Below are positions 1-12,360 of a stretch of 64,000 nt of DNA, in pieces. Positions within the stretch are counted from its first letter, which is position 1. Every line of letters begins with the position of its first letter. Below the pieces are notes generated by a model, which saw nothing but the letters and a program-made list of their open reading frames with translations, was not told the origin of the DNA and did not search any database. The DNA comes from Rhynchobatus australiae (lineage: Eukaryota): the NCBI GenBank assembly GCA_034780895.1, contig JAUZTB010000064.1, positions 21,500,847-21,564,846 on the forward strand, given 5' to 3'. Both the position numbers and the translations under genes were made by a program.

Positions 1-94
1 TCCAGCAATACATCAGCCTCCTAATTCAACGAGATATTTATTTTGCACTTCAAGTAATTTGTTGCTTACAGGACATTTCTCATTTTCAAAAATC

Positions 95-275
95 ACAGAA
101 CAGTACAGCACAGAACAGGCCTGTCAGCCCGCAATGTTGTGCCGACATAGCTAATCTCTCCTACCCCTCTGTTTTCTAATATCCCTCTGTTTTCCTCTCA
201 TTCATGTGCCCATCCAAGCCCCTCTTAAACACTCCCAAAGAATTTGCCTCCACCACCCTATCAGGCAATGCATTG
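95..275 (-). mobile_element. CR1 (HER1-like) LINE 3' tail fragment
   Basis: CAGAACAGTACAGCACAGAACAGGCC...CAATGTTGTGCCGAC is the reverse complement of the CR1 tail seen at 23940-24005. Confidence 0.7.
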
Positions 276-789
276 AATCACTGAGAAATTCAAAGTAGTA
301 CAAGCAGTGACTAATATTTTATTACAACATCCAAACTTTCTTTCACAACAAATGTAAAAGATTTCATCAGTGAAACAACTCAAATAACTGTCATTTTATT
401 TCATTCACAGGACATCGATGTTGCTGGCAAGGCAATAATTTATTGCTTTGAGATGGTAGTAAACTATTGAATTGCATACAGCTTGAATTCTTCCCTAGGG
501 GTGTTCCAGGGTTTCAGATAATACATCCAAGATGGTGTGCAACTTAAGAGGCAAGCTTGCAGCTGGTCATCCCATGCATCAGATGCTCTTGTTCTTCAAG
601 ACAGTAGAAGTTACATATTTACTAATTGTTACTGATGATACCTTGACTAGTTGCTCCAGTGCATCTTGTAGATGGCATGCTCATCTCACTGTGGAAAAAG
701 AATTTTTACTGCCATGGGTGGGTTGGTAATCAAACAGGCTGTTTCAATCTCCATGTTGGAAAGCTGTCAACAGGATACTTTCTCCCCCA

Positions 790-1065
790 AAACAGAGGTA
801 CCAAAAACTCAAGGACATTAAATTTAGAGCAAGGAGAAGTGTTAGAGGGGATTGGAGGAAGAACTTTTGCCAGCCAGCGTGTAGTTAGAATTCAGAGAGC
901 ACTATATGAGACAGGTACTCTCACAACACACAAGTATTTAGATAAGCACTTGAACCACCAAGGCACAGTATACTGTGGACAAAGTACTGGGATTTGTAAT
1001 GAATGCTCTTGATGAGCATGGTGGGCCAAAGGGCCCATTTCTGTACTGTATTACTTTATATGATT
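790..1065 (+). mobile_element. CR1 LINE 3' fragment
   Basis: Decayed end of ORF2 plus tail GGGCCAAAGGGCCCATTTCTGTACTGTA, shared with the other CR1 copies. Confidence 0.6.
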
Positions 1066-2399
1066 CCCTAAGTTTTGTATCCAGTGCATTTTGATGTCAC
1101 CTGACATCACATCTTTACCAGTACAATCACAGAAAAGGTAGCTCTGCAGAGTTGATGAGAACAAGTAGTTTTGCCCAACTCCCACCCCACCTTCCTCTAT
1201 TTTTAGGTTCTCTTTATCTCAGATTAAGTTTGGCACTTCAGGTCATCTAGCTTAGTCTGTGGTAGTGGTACAAAGCCAATCTTAGCAATGAATGTTGGGT
1301 GGGTTTATGACCAAGGACCAGAGTGGACACCATGCGAAGTACTTCTAAGTGATCTTCAACATGGAGCATCCGTATCTAAAGCAAAGTGGTCAATGGTGAT
1401 CAGTTTTCCTTGTCTATGTTTGATCTGAAGCCATGAGACCCAAGGTCAGAGTCTATGCTGAAGACATTTAAAGGCACCTTTTGACTACATCTGACTGTGC
1501 TACCAGGACATGGCCTTGGATTATAATGGAGGAGTCTAGATGTTGGGCAAGATACGATTCTGTGATTAATCCTGTCGGGATGCAACTCAAATGTGTGGAA
1601 TAGTGCTCTTAATTTTAGTACGAGGGTAAGCTTGCAGGAACAATGGGCTGGATACACTTTTGTCACAGCTGTTGCCTCAGTCAAGGGTCGATGGACCATG
1701 TGATCATAGCCAAAAAGGTATTTTTTTGATGTAACCAAACGGTTTGCTAGACCAGTTCAGAGGGCAGCAAGCAGTCAAACATATCACTGTGGATCCAGAG
1801 TCACATACAGGCCTTGCACAAGGAGGATGAGAGATCACATTCTTTCAAAGGACATTAGGGAAGGCAATTTAGAAATGACATGCTCTTGTTACTTACATTC
1901 ACTTGATAGCTTTGTTTAATTAACTAAATTTAAATTCAATAGCTGGTGTGGCTTGATTTGAATTTGTGTACCTGGATTATTAAATCATTGTACAACTGAA
2001 CCTTTAATTTATCTTGATGTTTAAAATACCTGTTCCATACACTTGTTTTCACTCCACAAATTGAATATTTATCCAGAAATGCATAAAAGTAAAATAGCCT
2101 TGTATATTGATAAGTGTGTATAGTCATAAAGAATTATGCTTAATATTAAATGCTGGGTCTTGTGATATGTATTTTTGATAATGCTATGCATTACATTTCA
2201 CGTGCTATTTATCACATTGTGAGTACAATTTAATCTTAATATGTTTAAAAAAAAAGGTCTTTTTGATTATGTAAAGTTTACATTCTATCAATCAGATGAT
2301 ACTCCTTTTCTGGCTGGCCCCTTTAGAAGGTGGTGCACCCACTACCTTGTCCTCTAATGTGGCCATCTCCTGCTTATCCTGTCTCACTCAGGTCACCAA

Positions 2400-4070
2400 T
2401 GTCAAAGTACCTGAGCTATGAAAGCAGTTGTGACCTAAAAAACAAATGGTGGATAGAGAGAAAACAGGGAGGCTCATCAATTCACAAGCCATGATGTGCA
2501 CAGATTCTTCAGCACGGTCAAGACCACCCACAGCTCAAAAACTAACAGCAAACAAAAGGGGGCAAACTCATCAGGGAGAGGGGTAATCAAAAGCCCCCGA
2601 AAGGATCTCTTTGAAAACCTCATCAACTGTGTCTCATTCGTTGTTGTGAATGCACTTGGCTTCATTGCACAGCAGTCTATTTGATCCATACTTGCTGTCA
2701 CTCTTGACCACCTTGTCACAAAAGTTATATAGGTCTTCGGGAGCTGATTGTATCCTTGCTGAAGTTCTAAAACTGAGCAGTGAAGATCTTCATATCACTA
2801 ATCCACAAGAGAACAATATCTCCAGGGGATATGAGGGATGCCATAAACATGACCATTCTCAACTGTGATCACAGGTAAAGTCATTGCCAGGGTCCTCCAC
2901 AACCGCTTCTTACCAATAGCTGAAGAACTGCCCTCAATTGGAATGTGTGGATTCTATCCACCATGAAGCAGAGTGGACATGATCATCAATGCACAACTCC
3001 AAGAAAAATCCAGAGAGCAGCCTTTTTCAATCTCACTAAAACCTTTAATTCCATCAGTCAGGAGGGACTGTGGAATACCATCCTCAGAATACCTACAGAA
3101 AGGTCTTACCATTTTCCGTTTGGTTCTTGATGGCATGAAAGCAACAATCCTAACTAAGCAGTCTACAAAATGAAAGCTGCTGTAAAACAAGGTTGTCATA
3201 TCACCCCAAGACTTTTTCCAATCTTTTGTGCTGCAATGTTGCACTCACCATCAAATAATTTCCCATGAGAATGGAGCTAATCTTCAGAACTAAATTTAAA
3301 CTAATGGCAATTACATTCCAGAACCAAGGTCACCCTAATCACAGTTGTTGTGCTGCAATATGGAGATACCGCACACATTTGCATGTACTCAGAGGCACAA
3401 TTGCAAGCCATTCTCGACTCATTCACTGAAATATATAAGGGGCATTTAGACAAAAATGGAAGAAAAAAAGGTCTCCATGCAAATTGCTCCCTCTACACAA
3501 TACTGCTCTCTAACAATAAAGAATCTTGGCAGGTTACTGGAAAACATGGATTACTTTTCTTAGTTCAGCAGCCATCTCTCAGAGGAGACAAACTTTGATG
3601 ATGAAATTCACCGATGTGCTGGTGCACTGAAGGTCATCTTTAGTTAATTGAGGAAAAGGCTATTTGAAGATCAAGACTTCAGACTTGGCACTAAAACACA
3701 ATGATCCCCAACCTTCCATATTCTTCTGAATTACCTGCACCAGGAACCTCTAAGCACTGGAAAGACATCACCAATGCTGTCCCTACAAAATCCTCCAAAT
3801 CCATTAGAAGGATAAGCAAACCAATGCAGTGACCTCTCCAAACCAACAACCAAGCAGAGGACACAATTACACATACTTGCCTCCACTGCCCAACACCAGT
3901 CACAGGAAGGGACTACCAGGCAGACAGGAAGAGTCAGGATGTGCTCAAAGCCTCCTTGGGGAAAAAAAGTACATCTTCACTGATTCTTGGGCATCCCTGC
4001 CCTTAACCACTAAACACAAAAGAACATTCAGGATGCTAGTAAAAACTGAGTCCATGCATTAAGAGCATAC
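2400..4070 (+). mobile_element. Decayed RTE-clade LINE, 5' part
   Basis: Broken frames give GKVIARVLHNR..PIAEEL, CG..DMI...QLQEKSREQ, FNSISQEGLW and VKQGC.I.P.LF, typical of RTE reverse transcriptase. Confidence 0.7.
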
Positions 4071-4074
4071 AGAA

Positions 4075-5190
4075 GTTCATTGACTATAGCTCAACATTCA
4101 ACACCATCATCCTCTCAAAACTTATTGTCAAAACTCCAAGTCCTCCGCCTCTGTACACCTGTACCATTGGATCCTTGAGTTCCTCACTGGAAGACCACAA
4201 TTAGTATGGATCAGAAACCTCATCTCCTCCTCACTGACCATCAACACAAGCACACCTCAGGGATGTGTGCTTAGTCCCCTGCTCTTCTCTCTATGCCTAT
4301 GACAGCGTGGCTATGCATAGCTCCAACACTATCTACAGATTGCTGATGACTGTTCTCAGCAGAATTGTGGATGGTGATTAGGAGGCATACAGGAGTGAGA
4401 TAGGTCAGTTAGTTTAGTGGTGTTCGAACAACAACCTTGCACTCAACATCAGCAAAATCAAGGAACTTATTGTGGACTTTAGGAAGGACAAGTCAGGTGA
4501 ACTAACACCAGTCCACATTGAAGAGTCTTCAGTGGAAAGAGTAGGCAGCTTCAAGTTCCTGAGGGTCAACATCCCATAGGATCTATCCTGGGCACAGCAC
4601 ATAGATGCAACGTAGATAAAGGCAGCACACTAGCATCTCTACTTTCTTAAAAGTTTAAGGCAATTCAGCACGTCATTGAAGATTCTGACAAACTTCTACA
4701 GAAGTGGAAAGCATTGACTGGTTCCATCACAGCCTGGTATGGGAACTCCAATGCACAAGTACACAAGAGGCTACAGAGAGTGGTGGACTCAGCTAATTCC
4801 ATCATGGGTACAGCTTTCCCCACCATCAAGAACATCTACAACAGGTGACATCTCAGGAAGGCAGCATGCCTTCTCACTGCTACCATGAGGCAGGAGGTAG
4901 AAGAGCCTGAAGACCCACACCTCAAGGTTCAACAACTGCTTCTTCTCTACTGCTATCTGGTTCTTGAACTGACCTGAAAAACCCTAATTCTACCTCAGAT
5001 TATATTTACCTAAACTTGCACTAATATCCTTATATTATTGTTTATTGTGTCATGCAAGTTATGTATAATTTATGTCAATTTAAGTTTAAGTAAGTTATAT
5101 TCATCATGTTTCTAATGCTGCAGAAAGCTAACTTTCATGGCATTTATACCCTGGGTATGTATGCCCATAATAATAAACTTGAACTTGAAC
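4075..5190 (+). mobile_element. Rex1/Babar-type LINE (5'-truncated RT plus 3' tail) nested in the RTE element
   Basis: [41 protein letters not shown] and FKFL..I motifs; tail AATAAAC(TTGAAC)2. Confidence 0.75.
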
Positions 5191-5350
5191 CCAGTGTAAA
5201 TAGCTGAAGGCACACACAGATCTCACGAACTACCTGCCAACCTGCCTAGCACCATCTGCCCCAACTGTGGGGGAAGTGCAGAGTTCCGGCAAAGATCTCC
5301 TCACCTCAGAACCCACAAAACTGGATTGGGAGCAAATCACCCTCTATAGA
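5190..5350 (+). mobile_element. 3' remainder of the RTE element
   Basis: TICPNCG...HLRTH zinc-knuckle-like end; resumes after the Rex1 tail. Confidence 0.55.
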
Positions 5351-6217
5351 GGGAGTACTTATGGGTATTTGTTCTTAACTAAAGGGTTGAAGCAATACAT
5401 TGGAAAATAATAATTACTTGTTTCAGTTTTAGCTTTAGTACAACTCTAGACTTTGCTCCCCAGCTTTTCTCCACTTTTATTATTGCTTCAAATTGATTGC
5501 AACAAAATGCCCAAAACAGATGAAGAGGTCACTGTTTGGAAAATTCTTTTTCCACAAATCTTACTGAACATTTCCAGAATTTTCTGTTTTTAGCTCAGAT
5601 TTCCAGGAATCACATTACTCTTGGGAAAAACTAGCCTCAATTAAAAACAACTCTGGGATTTGAAATAAAAGGTCAAGCATCGACTTCTAGTCTAATACGA
5701 CAATGACAGTTCAAAGTAGCAACTCAGAAGAAACTACTGGAAGATATCATTTAAAATGGCTCACTTTAATTTTTTTTAAATATCTATGAAAACTCTAGGA
5801 GGCCATTTTTTTTTCAACGGACAGTTGGGTTTAAAGGCCATTGACACCATAGCAACAGTGACTCGACAGGGCAAAGTAATGATTAAAACGAGGAAATGTG
5901 TGGCCCCATTGTACATGAATGGCTTTATATAATGTGCACAAATATAAACTCCATAATAGCTAATGCGTACAGCGAGAGGTATGTGTGTAAACATTAAAAA
6001 ACACAATCTCCATCTTAATTCTTGAAAGCGAAAGGAAAATAACAGCACACCTGCAGCTGGGGCCTACCATGAATCTGTTCAGCCTCGATCATTGTACAGC
6101 GGGTTAATGCCATTCACTGGGAACACAGCAACACCTCATCATTTCAGCTTTCAAAGACACCATCCGACATCGCTCCCATTTAACGCAACCAGCGCTTCGG
6201 GAGAATCTTACACGTAC

Positions 6218-6299
6218 CTTTCCTTATTTCCCGGTACACCATCTTCGGTGCCCTCAGTAAAGATAACCGGGAGCCACCGGTAAACAACATGAAGGTCAT
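6218..6299 (-). CDS. LETM1: Probable first coding exon of LETM1 (mitochondrial inner-membrane cation/H+ exchanger), encoding the N-terminal presequence
   Basis: The - strand ATG at 6299 reads MTFMLFTGGSRLSLLRAPKMVYREIRK+G and ends at the donor AAG|GTACGT (82 nt, phase 1). The peptide is Arg/Lys/Leu-rich, like a mitochondrial presequence. Length and phase match my recollection of human LETM1 exon 1. LETM1 is the established head-to-head neighbour of NSD2. The call rests on synteny and exon geometry rather than strong sequence identity. Confidence 0.7.
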
Positions 6300-6916
6300 T
6301 TTTCCTTGTCGTCACCGGGTAAGCGAAAATGTCGGAGTGAAAGCTGGCTCGCCGTTCAAGGCAGCTACCATTTATACAACTACAAAGAGAAACCCTTCCA
6401 CGTTTCAATGAGTCACCGCCTAGCACCACCCGATCACACCATATCCCTCCAAGCGGTCTCTCTCACAAGGCGACGATGGAGGCCACCAGCCAACAGGGTG
6501 CAGCAACAGCAGCTCTGCGGCGGCGCCTCCCCAAGCGGAATAAAACGCTCGACCTCCAAACCAATCAGAAAAACCGCCGGGCGCAGCGTCATCTCTCCGA
6601 GCAACGCCGCCTCCCTCGCCGGCTCCCACCCACCCGCGGCCGCTCATTGGTTGGCTGCTCGTAATGGCGCGCAACCGCTGGCGCCTCCGAAGTGAAGCGC
6701 CCTGCAAAATTCTGCCGGGCGACGTCGGTTCCGTCACGTGGGCCGCCGGACCCTGCCGTTTCAAATCAGGTTCGGTTGAGGAAAGCGCGCGGGGTCATCG
6801 GTCCTCTCCCCCTTTGAACTTGCAGTAAAATAAGGGCAGAACCTGTAGATTTTTGTTTGGGAGTGTGTGTTTTTTTAAGGTGATGGGGGGTGGGAGAAAG
6901 AAGGCCGCTTCCGATG

Positions 6917-6930
6917 GCGTGACGTCACGC
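6917..6930. promoter_or_regulatory. Perfect 14-bp palindrome containing a full CRE (TGACGTCA)
   Basis: GCGTGACGTCACGC read directly inside the CpG island. Confidence 0.65.
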
Positions 6931-7479
6931 GCTTTCACCGTTTTAATTTTTCCCTCAGCCTCTGAGGAAATCGTTCGGTAGGGGAGGGGGGGATATGATT
7001 CGATATTTTACGCGGAAAAGGGAGGGAATAGATTGAACGCCAAGTTCTTTTTTTTAAAAGTCTTCTCCCCTTTCTGGCGCTAGCTCCCTCTCTTCATCTT
7101 ACCTCTTTCTCCCCCCCCCCGCCGCCGATTCGCCGTCAGCCAATGGGAAGCGAGAATTTTCGCGCTGATTGGCTTCGTTGAAGAAGAAGGAGGATGATGA
7201 GGATGAGGGAGTGAAGGAGTTACTGTACTCATTGAAAGTACAGTAACCCCCGGTTGGGAGGATGCGCCCATAACAGGTTCGCTGATTTTCCTAGATGTTC
7301 CGTTCACCTGCCCTCTAATCTGCCTGCCTTTACGCCTCCCTTTCAGTTTATGTGCGTGTAAACGGGTGAACCGCATAGCGGGCCAGGGGTGGAAAAAAAA
7401 GGTGGCTGACCAAGAATAGGTGGCCACTGGGTTGCAGAGACCTAGGCCGCGCATTGGTCCAATCAGGAGCTGGGCAAGC

Positions 7480-7559
7480 AGTCAGTCTCTTGAGCGGGGC
7501 ATAGGTTTTTTTGTTTTTTTCCTTACACCCTCCCCCTCCAAGTTCCAAACAGGTCTCTT
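7480..7559 (+). other. Candidate non-coding 5' UTR exon of NSD2 (start uncertain)
   Basis: Consensus donor TT|GTGAGT at 7560, just downstream of the ATTGGTCCAAT pair. Another candidate donor, CG|GTAGGG, lies at 6978. The first coding exon has a 3' splice site upstream of its ATG, so a non-coding exon is expected. Confidence 0.4.
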
Positions 7560-9229
7560 GTGAGTATGTATTAAAATATCAGTTATGATCCATTATCTCA
7601 GGATAATCACACGGATGATTAATTCCCAATGCGTGCAAGCACGGTGAATGTGGATTCAATATTTTTTAATGCTGCCGTGGAGTTGCATATGTGCATTGCT
7701 GCTGTTTGCTGTATGTATGGAGGGCAGCCATGTTAAATTTTAAGATTGGTCTTTTAATTTTATTGCGATATCCTCAAGATGCTTTGAATTTAATTTCAGT
7801 TTTTTTGCAACAAGTGTTTTTGTAGCAGGGAGCTTTAGTGGATTATTTTAACTCCGCTGGATGTTTGCAAGACGAGGTAGAAATTACCAAAGAAATTTGT
7901 AGGATGTGCTGCATCCTGCTGAGAACAGACCATTGGAATAACAAAAAAAGGCCATTTTGTCAACGCAGAACCACGGTTATGTATGTTGCGTTTAGCAAAC
8001 TGAGTGGAATTAACAATTGTTGGGTTTGGTGTGAGTTGTTAATCCCTCGTGGTAGATGTGGGAGAAGATGATGGGAGGGGAGACATTAAACGGCAAAAGT
8101 ACCTCTTCTATTTCAATTTAAATATGTAGGTTAGAAAAGTTTTAATATCAGCAACGTATTGAGAGAGTTGTGTATTGGTTTTTGTACGACAGTTCAGTGT
8201 TGCTTACTATAAAAGGCAAGCCTATCTAGTAAGGATCAGAGTGTTAACTGAAGTTATTCATGATTGGCACTGGCTCGTTTACCATACTGTCCTTCAATAT
8301 TTGGTTGATGTCCTGATTTCCCTGAAATTACACGTGTTTGTACAGATTAATTGGTAGAGGAAATGGGTGAGAAGTTATTTGATTGGATTGGTGACATATT
8401 ATGCTGTCATATTTTGATGGGCTAAAATACACTGGAATTACCCTGTGTCATGGTAATGTGCTTGGATATTGGTTGCCAATACAGTTGTTGGCTCTTAAAT
8501 GAATCTGATGAATTAAAGTTAAATTATTGTAGAGTTCTATTGATTTAAGTTGTGCAATTTCATAATCTGAGCCATTGAAACATTGCATCTTGAGATAAAG
8601 CAAATTGCTGGCAAAAAAATCAGCATGCCAGGCAGTATCTCTGGAAAGAAAAACAGTCTGAAACTCTGTCAGAACTGGGAAAGAGATGGATTTGAATTGG
8701 TGTTTGGTAAACTCTGCATCCTGCGATGGACCAGTCATAAATATTGAAAATGTAAAGTTTTTTGAAATGTCAGATAGGAGTAAATAATGAAGCTATATGT
8801 TATATTTGACATATTTTGAGTGCTTTGGGCATCTGCATTTACCCAAGCTGGAAGCCAGTGTGAATTTTTAAATTTATCAAAAACTAGCAAGCTGTAACTT
8901 GGGTTGGATTGTAAATAAATGCTTACTGTTTGAAGTGAGGAGGAGGTAATTTCCTGGTCATTGTGTATAAAATTTACTTTTCCTTTCATTATGTTTTTGC
9001 TATTTATGTTTTCCATATGGTATTGCAACATCATTTAATCGTGTTGTTCTTGTCCTATTTAATTTGAAATTAGCAACATTGTCTTTTTTTAGCTTCTGCT
9101 TTCACTCTTGAGTGAACATTGTCCAATTACTCTGTAAATGTTGGTATCTCACCATCTAGCAAATTAGCACGAAGGCTGTTTCCTTTTGACTTAAAATCTG
9201 ACTTTGTCATGTACTCCAAAGATTTGAAC

Positions 9230-9460
9230 CCGTAATCTCATCTGAAATTCCATTGTGGTGCCAAGGGAGTTCCATCTTTTGGATCAAGTTTAAGCTGAAG
9301 CTCTTCATTGTCTTTGAGTGGATGTAAATAGTATTTCACTATTCTGAAGGAATTTTCCCCACTGTTCTGGCCTATTCTTCTTTTCAAGTAGCAGCAGGGA
9401 TAATGAACACAAAGCATTTTGGAGTGTCCTGAGATTGTGGAAGCCATGATACAAATTCTT
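9230..9460 (+). mobile_element. Old Deu-domain SINE (SacSINE1-like) fragment
   Basis: Decayed similarity to the 13255-13640 copy (GTGGATGTAAA...CACTATTCTGAAGG...TGTTCTGGCC). Confidence 0.4.
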
Positions 9461-9789
9461 AACCTTTTTTTTTGAAGGAAATAATCACAAAAATCGATGC
9501 ATCATGTAATGGGATATAGGTACACAAATTACTTATTGCCATGTGGTGAATTTGAAGTCTTTGCCATTTTGGTATGTGAGAAGCTGATTCAAATTTAGAT
9601 TCCTCAGGATAAGATGTTTACTATTCACTCACCCTCATGGGCAGTTGTCGGCTGCTTTAGTAGCTATAGTGCTAGAAGATTCAAAAGTGAGAAAATATGA
9701 AGTGTATACTTTCTAATGGTATATCTATTATTTTCCCTTTGGTCTTTTGTACAGTGAAGCTTAAATTAACGTATTTGGAGTTTAAACAG

Positions 9790-9920
9790 AAACCCTTCAT
9801 TAGGTCTCTGGGCTGAAACATCAGCTCTGTAACCCTTTCCACAGATGCCATCCAGCCTACTGCATGTTTTCAGCATTTTGTTTTTATTTCATTTTCCAGC
9901 ATCTGTTTGTTTAGATTTTC
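9790..9920 (+). repeat. Penelope-derived terminal repeat fragment
   Basis: CTGAAACATCAGCTCTG...TTTCCACAGATGCC...CAGCATTTT; same family as 24015-24110 and 54783-54825. Confidence 0.55.
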
Positions 9921-10873
9921 ATGTATTGAATTTGGGGCTCCACAATTTTAAAGAGAGAAATTGTGGTTGAAAAAATTGGATGATGGATAAAAAATCATTA
10001 AGTGAATCAGAATGAAGCTTTGGAGTTGAAGTTTGTTTTACCAGTACCCCTCCCCGTTTTTCATTTCAAGGTGTCATATGTGTTTCTATTGTCCCAGAAC
10101 TTGCCTCGACAGACTCAACATCAAGCCAAACAATGAGCAACTTGGCTTTTGATCACTTGACAAAGTTTATACCTGAGCTTAATTGTGTGTTGCTACCTTG
10201 TATATGTGCAGTTTACTGGTTGAGAATCTGAATCATATCTATTATTCTTGTTTCTGTTGTGAAGTCATTTTGTGGTTTTTCAATTTGCTTAGCTGCTTTT
10301 CCAGTTTAGGTTAATGAGAGTAAAGGATTGAATTTTAAACCATATGATCTACTTTGCCAACTTTGTACCATTTGGTAATATATACATTGAGTCATTAATA
10401 ATGAACAGGATTTTGCTTTTACCCTGAAAAGTTGCCTGTGATTGCAATTACAATTGGCTAATAATGGTGTTAATTTTGCAAATTAAATCACATAGTTATT
10501 TGGCAAATGCGATGGGATAGGCTACCTTAAGTTTTTTTTCTGTTTATGTACTTGCATTAATCAATGATTTGTTTGAAATCTTGCAATGTGTTTTATGCCT
10601 CATCTTAAATAAGAGACTTGGGTTTGTCTAATGATAGTGATGAGTGAAGTCTGTCATTTTTCAGTTTTGTCACAATGTTGTAAAAATCAGTTGCATTGTC
10701 ATTTAGAGTACTTGTTCATCAAGAGACATGGGTCTAGATTGATAAAGCTGAGATAAGATTACATTAATACCATTACATGAAAGTTTTTCTTTACTATAGA
10801 ATTTCTTATAACAATCTGTGTTTTATCTCTTTGTTCACCTAAAGCGGTTTGAAGTTGGTAACATCAGGAGAGC

Positions 10874-11554
10874 ATGGCTCAATCCTATCGACTTCCGAAG
10901 AATGTAATGGGGAGTTCCCGGCCAATGGCGCAGGAATTGATTAATCCCATTTCGATGAAACAGGTTCCAGAGATCCTTGGTATTACTAATAAGAAGACTC
11001 AAAATGGTGAAGTAGATTCTGAGCTCTCCATACTGACTGACAAAGCTGTCACACCTTTATCAGCAGCTCTTCAGGATGGTGTCATACATCGATTAAATGG
11101 ACACGATGCAACTTCTGCTTGCAGGTCATCAGACAAATTAAAGGATTTAACCTCTCTTATGTTAAATGGAGATTCTGGTATGCCAAATGTAGTTGAAGAA
11201 TCACCATCTTCACATGCATCTTCTCCAGTTGAATGCTTTACAGAAAACAGAGGGAACAAAACACCGCCTCGAACAACACCTAAAAAGAGTGGTTCACCAG
11301 AAATTAAGTTGAGAATTACTAAAACATATTTGAATGGAAAGCCACTTTTTGAATCCTCACTTTGTGGAGATCTTCAAATAGGTGACTTTGAGTCTGCACG
11401 GCAAGAGCAGCAAGAGAAAGATGAAGAGCAAGAAAAAAATCAAGACAAACGGAAAAGAAAGAAAAGTGTGAAGTATGATGCATTGCTTGAACAAAGTCTT
11501 TCTGAGCTGGTACTTGTATCCAAGACATCCAGTTCTCCTGATGAACGAGTAAAG
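10874..11554 (+). CDS. NSD2: NSD2 coding exon 1 (N-terminal region; acceptor at 10844, phase 0 end)
   Basis: Contains MKQVPEILG, RLNGHDA, KLKDLTS, TTPKKSGSPEIKLRITKTYLNGKPLFESSLCGD and KRKRKKSVKYDALLEQSL, all recognisable NSD2 N-terminal motifs. Donor AAG|GTGAGT; 681 nt. Confidence 0.95.
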
Positions 11555-12360
11555 GTGAGTATGGTTTTCAATGGACAAATTTACAGCCAAGTAATTGTTT
11601 TTTATTTTAAACTTTTAGCTAAAATGTAATGAGAACCATTTGAGCACTTCTTTTGGTACTAAATCTATTTTGATTAGTGTTTTTTAAAAATGTTACATTA
11701 TAAAAAAAAAAGCTTCTGTAGGCCATATTAACATTTGTTTCCACAAATAACAAGGTTATATTAAGGGAATAATAAAATTAATTTGTTAGTCTCTGGTTAA
11801 TGTTCTTAAAACTTGGTTCTGAATAGCAGCTTGGACACAAATTAATTGGTGTATCTGTAGGCAGCATACAGTTCAGTGGCATAATGACGTGTCATGATAT
11901 TCTTGCAGACTTTTAGTTTATGTGAGAAGATTGAAAATTAAAATTTGACTTTTTTCCCGATTTCATAAATCCACATTCATTTTGCTTTTTGTGTGATCCA
12001 GTCCTAATATGTTGACTGCAATTTACTTCAACCACAGTACTTCACTTTTACTAGCATTAAAACTCATTCAAATTATGAAGTTCACTTTTAAATGTAATGC
12101 AACTGCAGTTAACTTAGATCCTTGAAGCCTTTTTAAAAACTTTCAGCTATGGTCAACATAGCTACAGGTTTGTAATTACCTCAAGATCTTAAAGACCTAT
12201 TTGCCAAGTTCCTGTTGCAGTCTCAGGTAAACTTTGTACGTCTTTTTATAGTTCCCAATTTTAAATGTTCTTGCTGGTGTGACAAGTGAATTTACACAAA
12301 TTTAGTTTTCTGCCACCTTGTTAAATAGGAAAATGACTTTGAAACTCCGCTAAAGAAAAA

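Larger units (their letters stand above)
6080..7520. promoter_or_regulatory. CpG island / bidirectional promoter for LETM1 (-) and NSD2 (+)
   Basis: The only strongly GC- and CpG-rich stretch in an AT-rich window. It has CCAAT boxes at 6561, 6646 (rev), 7140, 7168 (rev) and 7453/7459, a CRE palindrome at 6917-6930, an E-box CACGTG at 6735, E2F-like sites at 6665 and 7157, and TTTGAA (CHR-like) motifs at 6760 (rev) and 6813. Confidence 0.8.

Noticed and set aside
2030-2100. Possible LETM1 exon 2 on the - strand (donor GAACAG|GTATTT, frame FLDKYSICGVKTSVWNR)
   Set aside because: I could not find an AG acceptor giving an open phase-1 entry, so exon 2 was not identified in the window.
7180-7220. 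GAA/GGA/GAT purine run resembling an acidic coding tract
   Set aside because: Short and low complexity, with no supported splice or start context; likely promoter or UTR sequence.
6306-7548. Several 60-130 aa ORFs on both strands in the CpG island
   Set aside because: Expected from stop-codon scarcity in GC-rich DNA; no recognisable domains.
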